From Cytophagales bacterium (GTDB taxonomy: Bacteria > Bacteroidota > Bacteroidia > Cytophagales > Cyclobacteriaceae), in assembly GCA_020063545.1 (NCBI GenBank), contig JAGUUF010000120.1:1-43596 (forward strand): a stretch of 43,596 nt of DNA. The letters run 5' to 3'. This document shows positions 15,039 to 23,032 of the stretch, piece by piece. The first letter of the stretch is position 1, and each line of letters begins with the position of its first letter. The position numbers and the translations under genes were made by a program. The notes beneath the pieces are model-generated. The model did no database searches and was not told where the DNA came from. It saw only the letters and a list, made by a program, of their open reading frames with translations.

Positions 15039-16100
15039 ATGAAGAAAATACTGCTTATTGAAGATAACCCCGAAGTCCGCGAAAACACAAGCGAAATACT
15101 TTCACTGGCGAATTACGAAGTGCTTACCGCTGAAAACGGAAAGATTGGCGTTGACCTTGCCCAAAAAAACCAACCCGACCTGATCATCTGCGACATCATG
15201 ATGCCGGAACTGGACGGGTACGGAGTACTCCATATTTTAAGCAAGAATCCGGCTACGGCAAGCATACCGTTTATCTTTCTTACAGCAAAAACAGAAAAAG
15301 CTGACATCCGGAAGGGGATGACCCTTGGTGCCGATGATTACCTGACCAAACCGTTTGATGATACAGATTTATTGAACGCGGTAGAAACCCGGCTGAACAA
15401 AGTGGCACTTCTTAAAAAGCAATACGAAGCTACCGCATCGGGGCTAAACGAATTTATTGAAGATGCCCAGCGCGTGCTTAACCTTAAAGACCTGTGTAAA
15501 GACAAAAAAACACGAATGTTGAAAAAGAAAGCCGGGATATTTATGGAAGGCGAGCTGCCCAACTTTATTTACTTTCTGCAAAAGGGCAATGTCAAAGCGT
15601 TCCGCACCAATGCCGATGGCAAAGAGTTTATCACCAACCTGTACACCACGGGTGATTTTTTCGGGTATGAACCCATTTTAGAGAATACAAACTATACTGA
15701 ATCGGCTGTTGCCATGGAAGATAGTGAGTTGATTGCCATTCCCCGCCATGATTTTCTTACCCTGCTGCACGGCCATCCTGAATTGTCGCGCTCGTTTGTT
15801 TCCCTCCTCTGCAAAAAAATTGAAGAAAAGGAATCACAACTGCTAACCCTCGCCTATAACTCGGTGCGGCAGCGTACAGCCGAAGCCTTACTGAAAGTTC
15901 ACCAGATAAAAGACGGGGAAGTCATGAATGTTTCGCGCGATGACCTGGCAAAAATGGTGGGCACCGCTTCGGAGTCTGTCATCCGCGTACTCTCCGATTT
16001 CAGGGAAGAAGGAATCATTGAAATTGAAACCGGGAAAATAAAAGTACTGCACCCCAATAAACTTGAACAGGTAATAAAATGGAACGTTGCCCGCAATTAA
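15039..16100 (+). CDS. response regulator: receiver domain fused to Crp/Fnr-type cNMP-binding and HTH domains
   Basis: 353 aa. REC (KILLIEDN..., DLIICDIMMPELDG, LTKPF), then a cNMP-binding-like barrel (IFMEGELPNFIYFLQKGNVKAF...GDFFGYEPIL), then a Crp-type HTH (RDDLAKMVGTASESVIRVLSDFREEGII). Starts 8 nt after the kinase gene. Confidence 0.85.
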   Translation: MKKILLIEDNPEVRENTSEILSLANYEVLTAENGKIGVDLAQKNQPDLIICDIMMPELDGYGVLHILSKNPATASIPFIFLTAKTEKADIRKGMTLGADDYLTKPFDDTDLLNAVETRLNKVALLKKQYEATASGLNEFIEDAQRVLNLKDLCKDKKTRMLKKKAGIFMEGELPNFIYFLQKGNVKAFRTNADGKEFITNLYTTGDFFGYEPILENTNYTESAVAMEDSELIAIPRHDFLTLLHGHPELSRSFVSLLCKKIEEKESQLLTLAYNSVRQRTAEALLKVHQIKDGEVMNVSRDDLAKMVGTASESVIRVLSDFREEGIIEIETGKIKVLHPNKLEQVIKWNVARN

Positions 16101-16768
16101 TGCAACGGGTAGCAAAGCACGGTCTGGTCAATAGAAAAGAGACCTTCGATGGAAACCCCGCGCCAGATCAGGATAACCGCCATCAGGCCGACAACGAGTA
16201 GCTGAATTTTTTTTACCGGAACCGGAAGCAACACAACCAGTTTTGTGTACGACCAGGCCGCCAGCAACATGGCCGGCACAGTGCCCAGCCCGAACAGTAC
16301 CATAACCAGCGTACCGGCTACCCAATCCGTTTGTACAAGCGAAAGCACCACAGCAGCATAAACGAGCCCGCAAGGCAAAAATCCATTCAACACGCCCATT
16401 AATAATGCGGCACCCGCGCTTTTCTGGTTCATGACTTTTGAAATACCTTGCTTGAGTGCGCGTATGGCCAAGGATGTTTTCGGAATAATCCATTTTTCAA
16501 CCTGGCTGAAAATCAGAACACTAAATACCACTAAACCGAGGATAATGGAAAGCCAGCCCTGCCAACCACTGATTTCGATAACATGGCCAAACATACCCGC
16601 CACCAGCCCAAGCAAGCCGTAGGTACTAATGCGGCCGGTGTTATACAGTACCCTGTTAACCAAAAGGTTTTGCCCTGTTGTTGCCCTAATCTGAAAAGCT
16701 AACGGACCGCACATGCCTATGCAATGGAGGCTTCCCGTAAACCCCAACATTATGGCTGCTATGAGCAT
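16097..16768 (-). CDS. TauE/SafE-like membrane protein associated with cbb3 biogenesis clusters
   Basis: 223-aa polytopic ORF with the HCIGMCGP motif. Last gene of the cco operon. Its stop overlaps the convergent regulator stop codon. Confidence 0.7.
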   Translation of the reverse strand: MLIAAIMLGFTGSLHCIGMCGPLAFQIRATTGQNLLVNRVLYNTGRISTYGLLGLVAGMFGHVIEISGWQGWLSIILGLVVFSVLIFSQVEKWIIPKTSLAIRALKQGISKVMNQKSAGAALLMGVLNGFLPCGLVYAAVVLSLVQTDWVAGTLVMVLFGLGTVPAMLLAAWSYTKLVVLLPVPVKKIQLLVVGLMAVILIWRGVSIEGLFSIDQTVLCYPLH

Positions 16769-16795
16769 ACGCTGTTCACTTTATTATTCCGAAAT

Positions 16796-17227
16796 TCAAA
16801 TGACAATAACTTTCTCCAGGTAATAATCAATGCCTTCCATGGTCCAGGTTAATTTAACCCGGTAGGCTCCCGGTATAAGGTTGGTTACCCGGAAAACCTG
16901 AACCGAGTCGGCAGCGGAAGTAAGTTTAAACCGTTGATCGAACTTACCGGATGATGGCCTGAACAACTGCACTTCGCCCTGTTCAATAAATTTTGCTTCC
17001 GGAAAGTACACTTTCAAATACGTATTCTCAACAATGTCAACCTCCGGTTTCTGCTTCAGCTGTTCCGTATTATTTTTCCGGTTAAGTTTTTCCTGGTAAA
17101 CCAATTCATCCTGGTAATAGCTTTTCGAAACCAGGTTAATATCCTGCCGCATGCTGATGGCGACAATGATCCCGATGAAAACCGCAAACAGCACAAACGC
17201 AACAACAATCCACTTTCCCCAATTCAT
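16796..17227 (-). CDS. FixH/CcoH-family protein
   Basis: 143 aa with one N-terminal TM helix and a beta-rich domain. Immediately downstream of ccoG, as in Bacteroidota cbb3 clusters. Confidence 0.7.
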   Translation of the reverse strand: MNWGKWIVVAFVLFAVFIGIIVAISMRQDINLVSKSYYQDELVYQEKLNRKNNTEQLKQKPEVDIVENTYLKVYFPEAKFIEQGEVQLFRPSSGKFDQRFKLTSAADSVQVFRVTNLIPGAYRVKLTWTMEGIDYYLEKVIVI

Positions 17228-17230
17228 ACC

Positions 17231-18679
17231 TTATCGTTTTCCTTTTACCCGGTCGCGGTGCGAGTGCACCGGCCCCACAAATTTTGCCTTAACGGTTTCT
17301 ATTTTTTCCCCGCCTTTATAAATGCCGATTACCACCACCATTTTCGCGGAAGTTACCTTATCGGCCGGTATCTCGATAAAACAAACACCTTTGTACAAAT
17401 CGCCAGCCGGAACAACAATTGCCTGTTCGCCTACCTTCCGGATAGTGACTCCCTCGGGCGACTCTGCCGTGAGCGTAAGTTCAATATCTTTAAATGTTTT
17501 ATTGACAAACTCAATATTGTAAAGATTGGTAATTTTTCCGTCATCCGTGCGCTGAAACAGTGTTCCCGGAACTTTCAAGATGGTCGTTTCAATATCCGAG
17601 CGTGTTGCTACCATAAAACTGAGCAACCCAACCAGTGCCATAAGCACCACCGAATAGCCGGCTACTCGTGGAGTAAACAGCTTCTTTACACCGTCTTTTA
17701 TGGAATTATACGAGGCAAAGCGAATCAATCCCTTTGGTTTGCCGATTTTTACCATCACGTCATCGCACGCATCAATACAGGCGGTGCAATTAACGCACTC
17801 CAGTTGCGTGCCGTTGCGTATATCAATACCGGTTGGGCACACGTGCACACAAAGTTTGCAGTCAATGCAGTCTCCCCGATTTGTAAGTGTTTCGTCCTTT
17901 CTGATCTTTCCGCGCGGCTCGCCCCGAAGCCAATCGTAAGCAACAACAATCGATTCCTTAACCAGTAAAACTCCCTGTAACCTTCCGTACGGGCAAACAG
18001 CAATACAGGCCTGTTCCCTGAACCAGGCAAACACGAAATAAAAAATACCGGTAAAGGCTACCAGGCCGATAAACCCCGCCAGGTGCTCCGTAGGCGGCTG
18101 CGAGACAATTTCCTTAACCTTTTCAATACCGATTAGGTAAGCCATTGCGGTATGTGAAATGATAACTGAAATCAGGATAAAGACCAGCTGCTTGCCAACC
18201 TTCCTGGCGATTTTCCGTGCTGTCCACGGCTCCTGGTCGAGTTTGCGTTGTTGGTTGGCATCGCCCTCAATCCAGTATTCAATTTTCCGGAATACCATTT
18301 CCATGAACAGCGTTTGCGGACAGGCCCATCCGCACCAAATCCTCCCGAAGACTACGGTGAACAAAATAACAAAAACAAACAGGGTAAGCAGGGTAAGGGC
18401 CAGCAGAAAGAAATCCTGCGGCCAGAAAACCTGCCCGAAAATAACGAACCTGCGTTCGAACAGGTTAAGCATGAGCAACGGCTGGCCGCCAATTTTTATA
18501 AATGGGCCGACAAAGAAAAGAGCAAGCAGCGTTACGGTTACCGCTATCCGATAATTATGCAACCTGCCGGAAGGCTTTTTCGGGTAAATCCAAACCCGCT
18601 TTCCCTTCTCATCAACGGTTGCAATGGTGTTGCGAAATTCCTCATCGTACTGATAAACGTTTTCATTTGCCGTGCTCAC
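17231..18679 (-). CDS. ccoG: cytochrome c oxidase accessory protein CcoG (4Fe-4S ferredoxin-type membrane protein)
   Basis: 482 aa. TM helices plus CIDCKLCVHVCP and CVNCTACIDAC cluster motifs. The first codon of the ORF is GTG. Confidence 0.85.
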   Translation of the reverse strand: MSTANENVYQYDEEFRNTIATVDEKGKRVWIYPKKPSGRLHNYRIAVTVTLLALFFVGPFIKIGGQPLLMLNLFERRFVIFGQVFWPQDFFLLALTLLTLFVFVILFTVVFGRIWCGWACPQTLFMEMVFRKIEYWIEGDANQQRKLDQEPWTARKIARKVGKQLVFILISVIISHTAMAYLIGIEKVKEIVSQPPTEHLAGFIGLVAFTGIFYFVFAWFREQACIAVCPYGRLQGVLLVKESIVVAYDWLRGEPRGKIRKDETLTNRGDCIDCKLCVHVCPTGIDIRNGTQLECVNCTACIDACDDVMVKIGKPKGLIRFASYNSIKDGVKKLFTPRVAGYSVVLMALVGLLSFMVATRSDIETTILKVPGTLFQRTDDGKITNLYNIEFVNKTFKDIELTLTAESPEGVTIRKVGEQAIVVPAGDLYKGVCFIEIPADKVTSAKMVVVIGIYKGGEKIETVKAKFVGPVHSHRDRVKGKR

Positions 18680-18733
18680 GTTGCGCTCAATTAATTAGTG
18701 GCGAATTAATTTATTCAATCGTGCAATGCTGCT

Positions 18734-19645
18734 TCACATCGAAGCTCCCTCGCTTGTTGATGGAACTACCTCCTCCTTGTATAGTTCGCCTTGCGGAGCT
18801 TTTGGATTAGGCGGATTGCTTCCCTTAATGCTTTTTATATAGAAGGTAACATCGCGGATCTGCTGAGGCGATAACACCGGGCCCCATGGAATCATTCCCT
18901 TTTCCTGCACACCGTTTTTAATAACCTTGTAAATGTCGGTTACGCTTCCACCATGCAGCCAGTAATCATCGGTAAGGTTCGGACCGATATTTCCCTGCCC
19001 GTCAGGCATGTGGCACGATGCACAGTTAACTACGTACACCTGGCGGCCGTTTTTAATAATCTGATCATCCTGCTCATATACCAGGTTATTCTCATCAATT
19101 GCCAGGGCAGGCTGCGAGGCGAGCAGTTTTGCTTTTTGTTCCTGGGCAATACTTACCTCATGTTGATATTCTTCATCCATCAGGGGCAGGGAATCGGTAA
19201 TGTGGTACACCACCAGGTAAACCGCTCCCCACGCGATGGTTCCATAAAACAGCCACGTCCACCAGGGCGGCAGGTGGTTATCCAGTTCTTTAATTCCATC
19301 ATAATTATGGTCGAGCAGTATTTCCGACTCTTTTTCAATAGGCCGGTAGCCGTTTATCCAGTTCCAGAATTTCGTCCACGCGCCTGGCTCAGGCACATAT
19401 ACCTTGCCGGCCTGTACGGCCTTTTCTTCTTCGGCTTTGCGGATGAAAACATTTAACACCTGCAACATATAAATAGCCACAATTACCACCAGCAAGGCCA
19501 CCACAAACACAAAAGCGATAACCAGGTAAAACGGCAACAACGGATCGTTAAGCGGGTCGCTCCAGAAACCGGCCGGTGCAGCATCCTGCGCTAACACCGG
19601 GCTGCCAAACAGAAACAGCGTGAGTAGGGAGATTATCGTTTTCAT
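18734..19645 (-). CDS. ccoP: cbb3-type cytochrome c oxidase subunit III-like (CcoP), mono-heme
   Basis: FixP N-terminal motif (HNYDGIKELDNHLPPWWTWLFYGTI) and a single CxxCH (CASCH) cytochrome c domain. 4-nt overlap with the upstream small ORF. Confidence 0.85.
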   Translation of the reverse strand: MKTIISLLTLFLFGSPVLAQDAAPAGFWSDPLNDPLLPFYLVIAFVFVVALLVVIVAIYMLQVLNVFIRKAEEEKAVQAGKVYVPEPGAWTKFWNWINGYRPIEKESEILLDHNYDGIKELDNHLPPWWTWLFYGTIAWGAVYLVVYHITDSLPLMDEEYQHEVSIAQEQKAKLLASQPALAIDENNLVYEQDDQIIKNGRQVYVVNCASCHMPDGQGNIGPNLTDDYWLHGGSVTDIYKVIKNGVQEKGMIPWGPVLSPQQIRDVTFYIKSIKGSNPPNPKAPQGELYKEEVVPSTSEGASM

Positions 19646-19842
19646 GAGTTGCTTGTTTTTTCGTTTACAGGTAAAGAATTGTTCTTATCGTCTAACGGCA
19701 ATTTTTTCATGTACCGGATAAAACTTTTGTCGGCCGTAAATACATGCCATAACAGAAACAGGAAGAACAAAAAGAAAATCACAAACGAAATGATCGGCCA
19801 AACCTGGACGTTATCAATCTGCTGAAGCACATTCTTATACAT
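19642..19842 (-). CDS. CcoQ/FixQ-like small membrane protein
   Basis: 66 aa with a single TM helix (WPIISFVIFFLFFLFLLW), located between ccoNO and ccoP. Confidence 0.65.
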   Translation of the reverse strand: MYKNVLQQIDNVQVWPIISFVIFFLFFLFLLWHVFTADKSFIRYMKKLPLDDKNNSLPVNEKTSNS

Positions 19843-19846
19843 GGCG

Positions 19847-22000
19847 TTACTGATTACCGGTTGTCAAATTATTTTCGGCTGAGCGCGATGCCTTAATGTC
19901 TTTTCCTAACCGCTGCAGGTATGCAATAAGGGCGATAATCTCGGCATCGGGCTCTACTTCAATTCCTTCCAGTTGAAGATTTTCGGCCATGCGCCTGGCC
20001 TGCATGTCGAGGTCATCATTTGCCCTGCTTTCGTAGTCCTCCTCATACGGCACCCCGATGGTTCGCAGCGCTTTTATTTTCTTTGCCGTTGTGGTTTTAT
20101 CAATTACCTGCTCAAACAACCATGGATAGGCCGGCATGATGGTGCCCGAGCTTACCGCGTCAGGTGCCAGCATGTGGTTATAATGCCAGCTGTCGGAATA
20201 CTTTCCGCCAAGGCGGTGCAAATCCGGACCGGTACGTTTAGATCCCCACAGGAACGGGTGATCATAAACATACTCGCCTGATTTGGAATATTCGCCCCCG
20301 AGTGGATCGTACCGCTCTACTTCCGACCGGAACGGGCGAACCAGTTGCGAATGGCAGCTTACACAGCCTTCGCGGATGTAGATGTCGCGGCCGTGCAATT
20401 CCAGCGGTGTGTATGGCTTAACACTTGAGATGGTAGGAACATTTGACTTGATTAAAAATGTCGGCACCATTTCAACAATGCCGCCAATCAGAATGGCCAC
20501 CAGTGCCAATGCCGAGAACAGCACAGGCTTGCTTTCCAGCCAGTGGTGCCAGCCACCACCGGATGACTCTGTTTTTACCAGCGGGGCAGCTTCGGTAGCT
20601 TCGTTGGCAATAAAACTGCCGGCATAGGCGGTTTTAACCAGGTTGTAGGTCATCACAATGGCGCCCGTCAGGTACAGGAAGCCACCAAATGCACGCAGCA
20701 TGTGCATGGGTAAAATCTGAACGGTTGTTTCAAGAAAGTTCTTGTATACAAGGAAACCTTCAGGGTTAAACTCCTTCCACATCAGGCTTTGCGTAACACC
20801 CGATATGTACATTGGCAAGGCATAGAAGATGATGCCGAGCGTGCCAATCCAGAAATGGAAGTTAGCCAGTTTATTCGACCAGATTTTGGTGTTCCACATC
20901 CTTGGAACCAGCCAATAGAGCATCCCGAAAATCAGGAATCCATTCCAGCCCAGCCCGCCAATATGTACGTGTGCCACAATCCAATCGGTAAAGTGGGCAA
21001 TGGCGTTTACATTTTTCAGCGACAACAGCGGGCCCTCTAGTGTAGCCATACCATAAGCGGTTACGGCTACTACCATAAACTTCAACACCACATCTTCGCG
21101 CACCCTGTCCCAGGCACCGCGAAGCGTCATCAACCCGTTAAGCATACCGCCCCACGAAGGTGCAATAAGCATAATCGAAAACACCGTGCCCAGCGATTGG
21201 GCCCAATCGGGCAGTGTAGAATACAACAGGTGGTGCGGGCCCGCCCAGATGTATATAAAGATGAGGGACCAGAAATGGATGATTGACAAGCGGTAAGAAT
21301 ACACCGGCCGGTTGGCTGCCTTCGGCAGGAAGTAATACATCATGCCGAGGTATGGTGTTGTGAGGAAAAATGCCACAGCATTATGCCCGTACCACCATTG
21401 CACCAGGGCATCCTGCACACCGGCATACCAGGAATAGCTCTTGAACAAACTAACCGGCATTTCAAAAGAGTTAACAAGGTGCAACACGGCTACGGTAACA
21501 AACGTGGCTATGTAAAACCAGATGGCCACGTACATGTGCTTTTCCCTGCGGTTCAGGATGGTGCCGATCATGTTCCAGCCGAACACAACCCAGATCAGTG
21601 TAATGGCAATATCAATCGGCCACTCCAGTTCAGCATATTCTTTTGACGTGGTAATACCCAGCGGCAGCGTAATGGCTGCCGACAGAATGATCAATTGCCA
21701 TCCCCAGAAATGGATCCAACTGAGGGTGTCGCTGAACATGCGGGTTTTAAGCAGCCGTTGCATGGAGTAATACACGCCTGCAAACATGGCATTACCCACA
21801 AAGGCAAAAATTACCGCGTTGGTATGAAGCGGCCGGATGCGACCAAACGTGGTGTACTGAAATTCAAAGTTGAATACCGGCCATACCAACTGAAGGGCAA
21901 TGGTAAGCCCTACCAGCATACCTACGAGGCCGAAGATAACGGTGGCAATAATAAATGCCTTTACGATTTTGTTGTCGTAACTGAATTTGTCGAGTTCCAT
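19847..22000 (-). CDS. ccoN: cbb3-type cytochrome c oxidase, fused subunits I and II (CcoN-CcoO)
   Basis: 717 aa. Heme-copper oxidase subunit I helices with conserved His (HFWSLIFIYIWAGPHH, VAHVHIG), then from about aa 480 a TM anchor plus a mono-heme CcoO domain (GRDIYIREGCVSCHSQ). Confidence 0.92.
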   Translation of the reverse strand: MELDKFSYDNKIVKAFIIATVIFGLVGMLVGLTIALQLVWPVFNFEFQYTTFGRIRPLHTNAVIFAFVGNAMFAGVYYSMQRLLKTRMFSDTLSWIHFWGWQLIILSAAITLPLGITTSKEYAELEWPIDIAITLIWVVFGWNMIGTILNRREKHMYVAIWFYIATFVTVAVLHLVNSFEMPVSLFKSYSWYAGVQDALVQWWYGHNAVAFFLTTPYLGMMYYFLPKAANRPVYSYRLSIIHFWSLIFIYIWAGPHHLLYSTLPDWAQSLGTVFSIMLIAPSWGGMLNGLMTLRGAWDRVREDVVLKFMVVAVTAYGMATLEGPLLSLKNVNAIAHFTDWIVAHVHIGGLGWNGFLIFGMLYWLVPRMWNTKIWSNKLANFHFWIGTLGIIFYALPMYISGVTQSLMWKEFNPEGFLVYKNFLETTVQILPMHMLRAFGGFLYLTGAIVMTYNLVKTAYAGSFIANEATEAAPLVKTESSGGGWHHWLESKPVLFSALALVAILIGGIVEMVPTFLIKSNVPTISSVKPYTPLELHGRDIYIREGCVSCHSQLVRPFRSEVERYDPLGGEYSKSGEYVYDHPFLWGSKRTGPDLHRLGGKYSDSWHYNHMLAPDAVSSGTIMPAYPWLFEQVIDKTTTAKKIKALRTIGVPYEEDYESRANDDLDMQARRMAENLQLEGIEVEPDAEIIALIAYLQRLGKDIKASRSAENNLTTGNQ

Positions 22001-22078
22001 AGGCAGGAGTAGCGTTTAGTGGTTCAGGTAAATCTACAAGTATGGCGTTAAAAGTAGAAGGCCCGGCTTAGTCCATTA

Positions 22079-22094
22079 CATGACTTCAGTTACA
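22079..22094 (-). promoter_or_regulatory. candidate operator TGTAACTGAAGTCATG
   Basis: Read on the minus strand, 79 nt upstream of the ccoNO ATG. 14/16 identical to 10554..10569 upstream of the osmC-like gene. Confidence 0.35.
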
Positions 22095-22101
22095 GATGAG
22101 G

Positions 22102-22114
22102 CTGATTTTTGTCA
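22102..22114. promoter_or_regulatory. FNR/FixK-like box cTGAT-TTTT-GTCAg
   Basis: CTGATTTTTGTCA lies about 102-114 nt upstream of the ccoNO start. TGA-N6-TCA core intact. 12/13 identical to 13717..13729. Confidence 0.4.
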
Positions 22115-22134
22115 GGTGCGGGTAAAAGCCAGGG

Positions 22135-22165
22135 TTTGCATATAGTACAAATTGAAATATCTTTG
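22135..22165 (+). promoter_or_regulatory. Bacteroidota-type promoter for tRNA-Ala (TTTG-N19-TAtcTTTG)
   Basis: TTTG at 22135..22138 and TATCTTTG at 22158..22165, 19 nt apart. The -7 element ends 25 nt before the mature tRNA 5' end. Confidence 0.5.
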
Positions 22166-22190
22166 CAGCCCTGCGGAAACACTGCAAAAC

Positions 22191-22264
22191 GGGGTCATAG
22201 CTCAGCTGGCTAGAGCGCTACAATGGCATTGTAGAGGTCGTGGGTTCGACTCCCACTGGCTCCA
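22191..22264 (+). tRNA. tRNA-Ala (anticodon GGC)
   Basis: 74-nt cloverleaf folded by hand. Acceptor GGGGTCA/TGGCTCC with the G3:U70 alanine identity pair; D arm GCTC-AGCTGGCTA-GAGC; anticodon arm CTACA-ATGGCAT-TGTAG; T arm with GGTTCGACTCC; discriminator A. CCA is not encoded. Confidence 0.93.
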
Positions 22265-22276
22265 CATCGTTGAATG

Positions 22277-23029
22277 TCACCCCTTCGGGGTTCGTTTAAC
22301 CAGCCGGGCGATCTCGTTTATCTTCTCCTCATCGGCAACCCATTTTCCGGAGTCGTCCGGTAAGGATTCCTTCAGGCTTACCTGGTGGTTGTACCGGGTG
22401 TGGGTTGATGGTTTGTAGGTGCGTGCTGAAAGGTGAATTTGATTTACACCTGTACCATTAATTATTCCCAATACATTTTTTCCGGTAATACCGGCACCGG
22501 CCATAACCGAGATTCTGCCAGCCGAACGCTTCACCAATTCCTTAATCAATCCCACACCCGCTTCGGCTGTCGGCATCCTGCCGGACGTGAGAATCCTATC
22601 AAAGCCGGCCTCAATACAATCTTCCAGTGCTTCGTACGCATCGCGTGTAAAATCAAACGCCCGGTGGCAGGTAACTTTAAGGGGTCGTGCGGCTTCAATA
22701 AGCTTGCGGCACCGTTCTTTATCTATCGTTCCGTCAGGTTTCAGAATGCCGAGCACTACGCCATCCAGGCTGGCACGTTTGCACATTTCAATGTCACGCC
22801 TCATGGCATGATATTCGTAAGCCGAGTAAACAAAATCGCCACCGCGGGGGCGGATCATGGCATACACATCAATGCTCAGCGCCTGGCGCACAATTTCCAT
22901 TGTTCCGAATGAAGGGGTTGTACCGCCCTCTGCCGGATTGTCGCACAACTCTACACGGTCGGCACCCCCTTTCTGGGCGTGCATGGCCGACTCAATATTA
23001 AATGCAGCAATCTCTATGGTAACGGCCAT
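22277..23029 (-). CDS. cutC: copper homeostasis protein CutC
   Basis: 250 aa. N-terminus EIAAFNIESAMHAQKGGADRVELCDNPAEGGTTPSFG is typical of CutC TIM-barrel proteins. Confidence 0.85.
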   Translation of the reverse strand: MAVTIEIAAFNIESAMHAQKGGADRVELCDNPAEGGTTPSFGTMEIVRQALSIDVYAMIRPRGGDFVYSAYEYHAMRRDIEMCKRASLDGVVLGILKPDGTIDKERCRKLIEAARPLKVTCHRAFDFTRDAYEALEDCIEAGFDRILTSGRMPTAEAGVGLIKELVKRSAGRISVMAGAGITGKNVLGIINGTGVNQIHLSARTYKPSTHTRYNHQVSLKESLPDDSGKWVADEEKINEIARLVKRTPKG

Positions 23030-23032
23030 CGG

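Noticed and set aside
17258-17968. 236-aa ORF on the plus strand, antisense to ccoG
   Set aside because: It lies entirely inside a confidently identified gene on the other strand. Its composition is odd (rich in R, F, N, C and H) with no recognisable motifs. This is a typical shadow ORF.
22191-22264. tRNA-Ala as a possible genomic-island integration site
   Set aside because: No integrase, no direct repeat of the tRNA 3' end and no atypical gene block on either side. The flanks are cbb3 oxidase and cutC housekeeping genes.
22279-22291. Short GC hairpin (acccc-ttc-ggggt) after the tRNA as a terminator
   Set aside because: The stem is only 5 bp, it is followed by a weak T tract (ttcgttt), and it lies inside the cutC 3' coding end. 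That is not enough to call.
22152-22418. 88-aa plus-strand ORF
   Set aside because: It reads straight through the tRNA-Ala gene and the 3' end of cutC, so it is an artefact.
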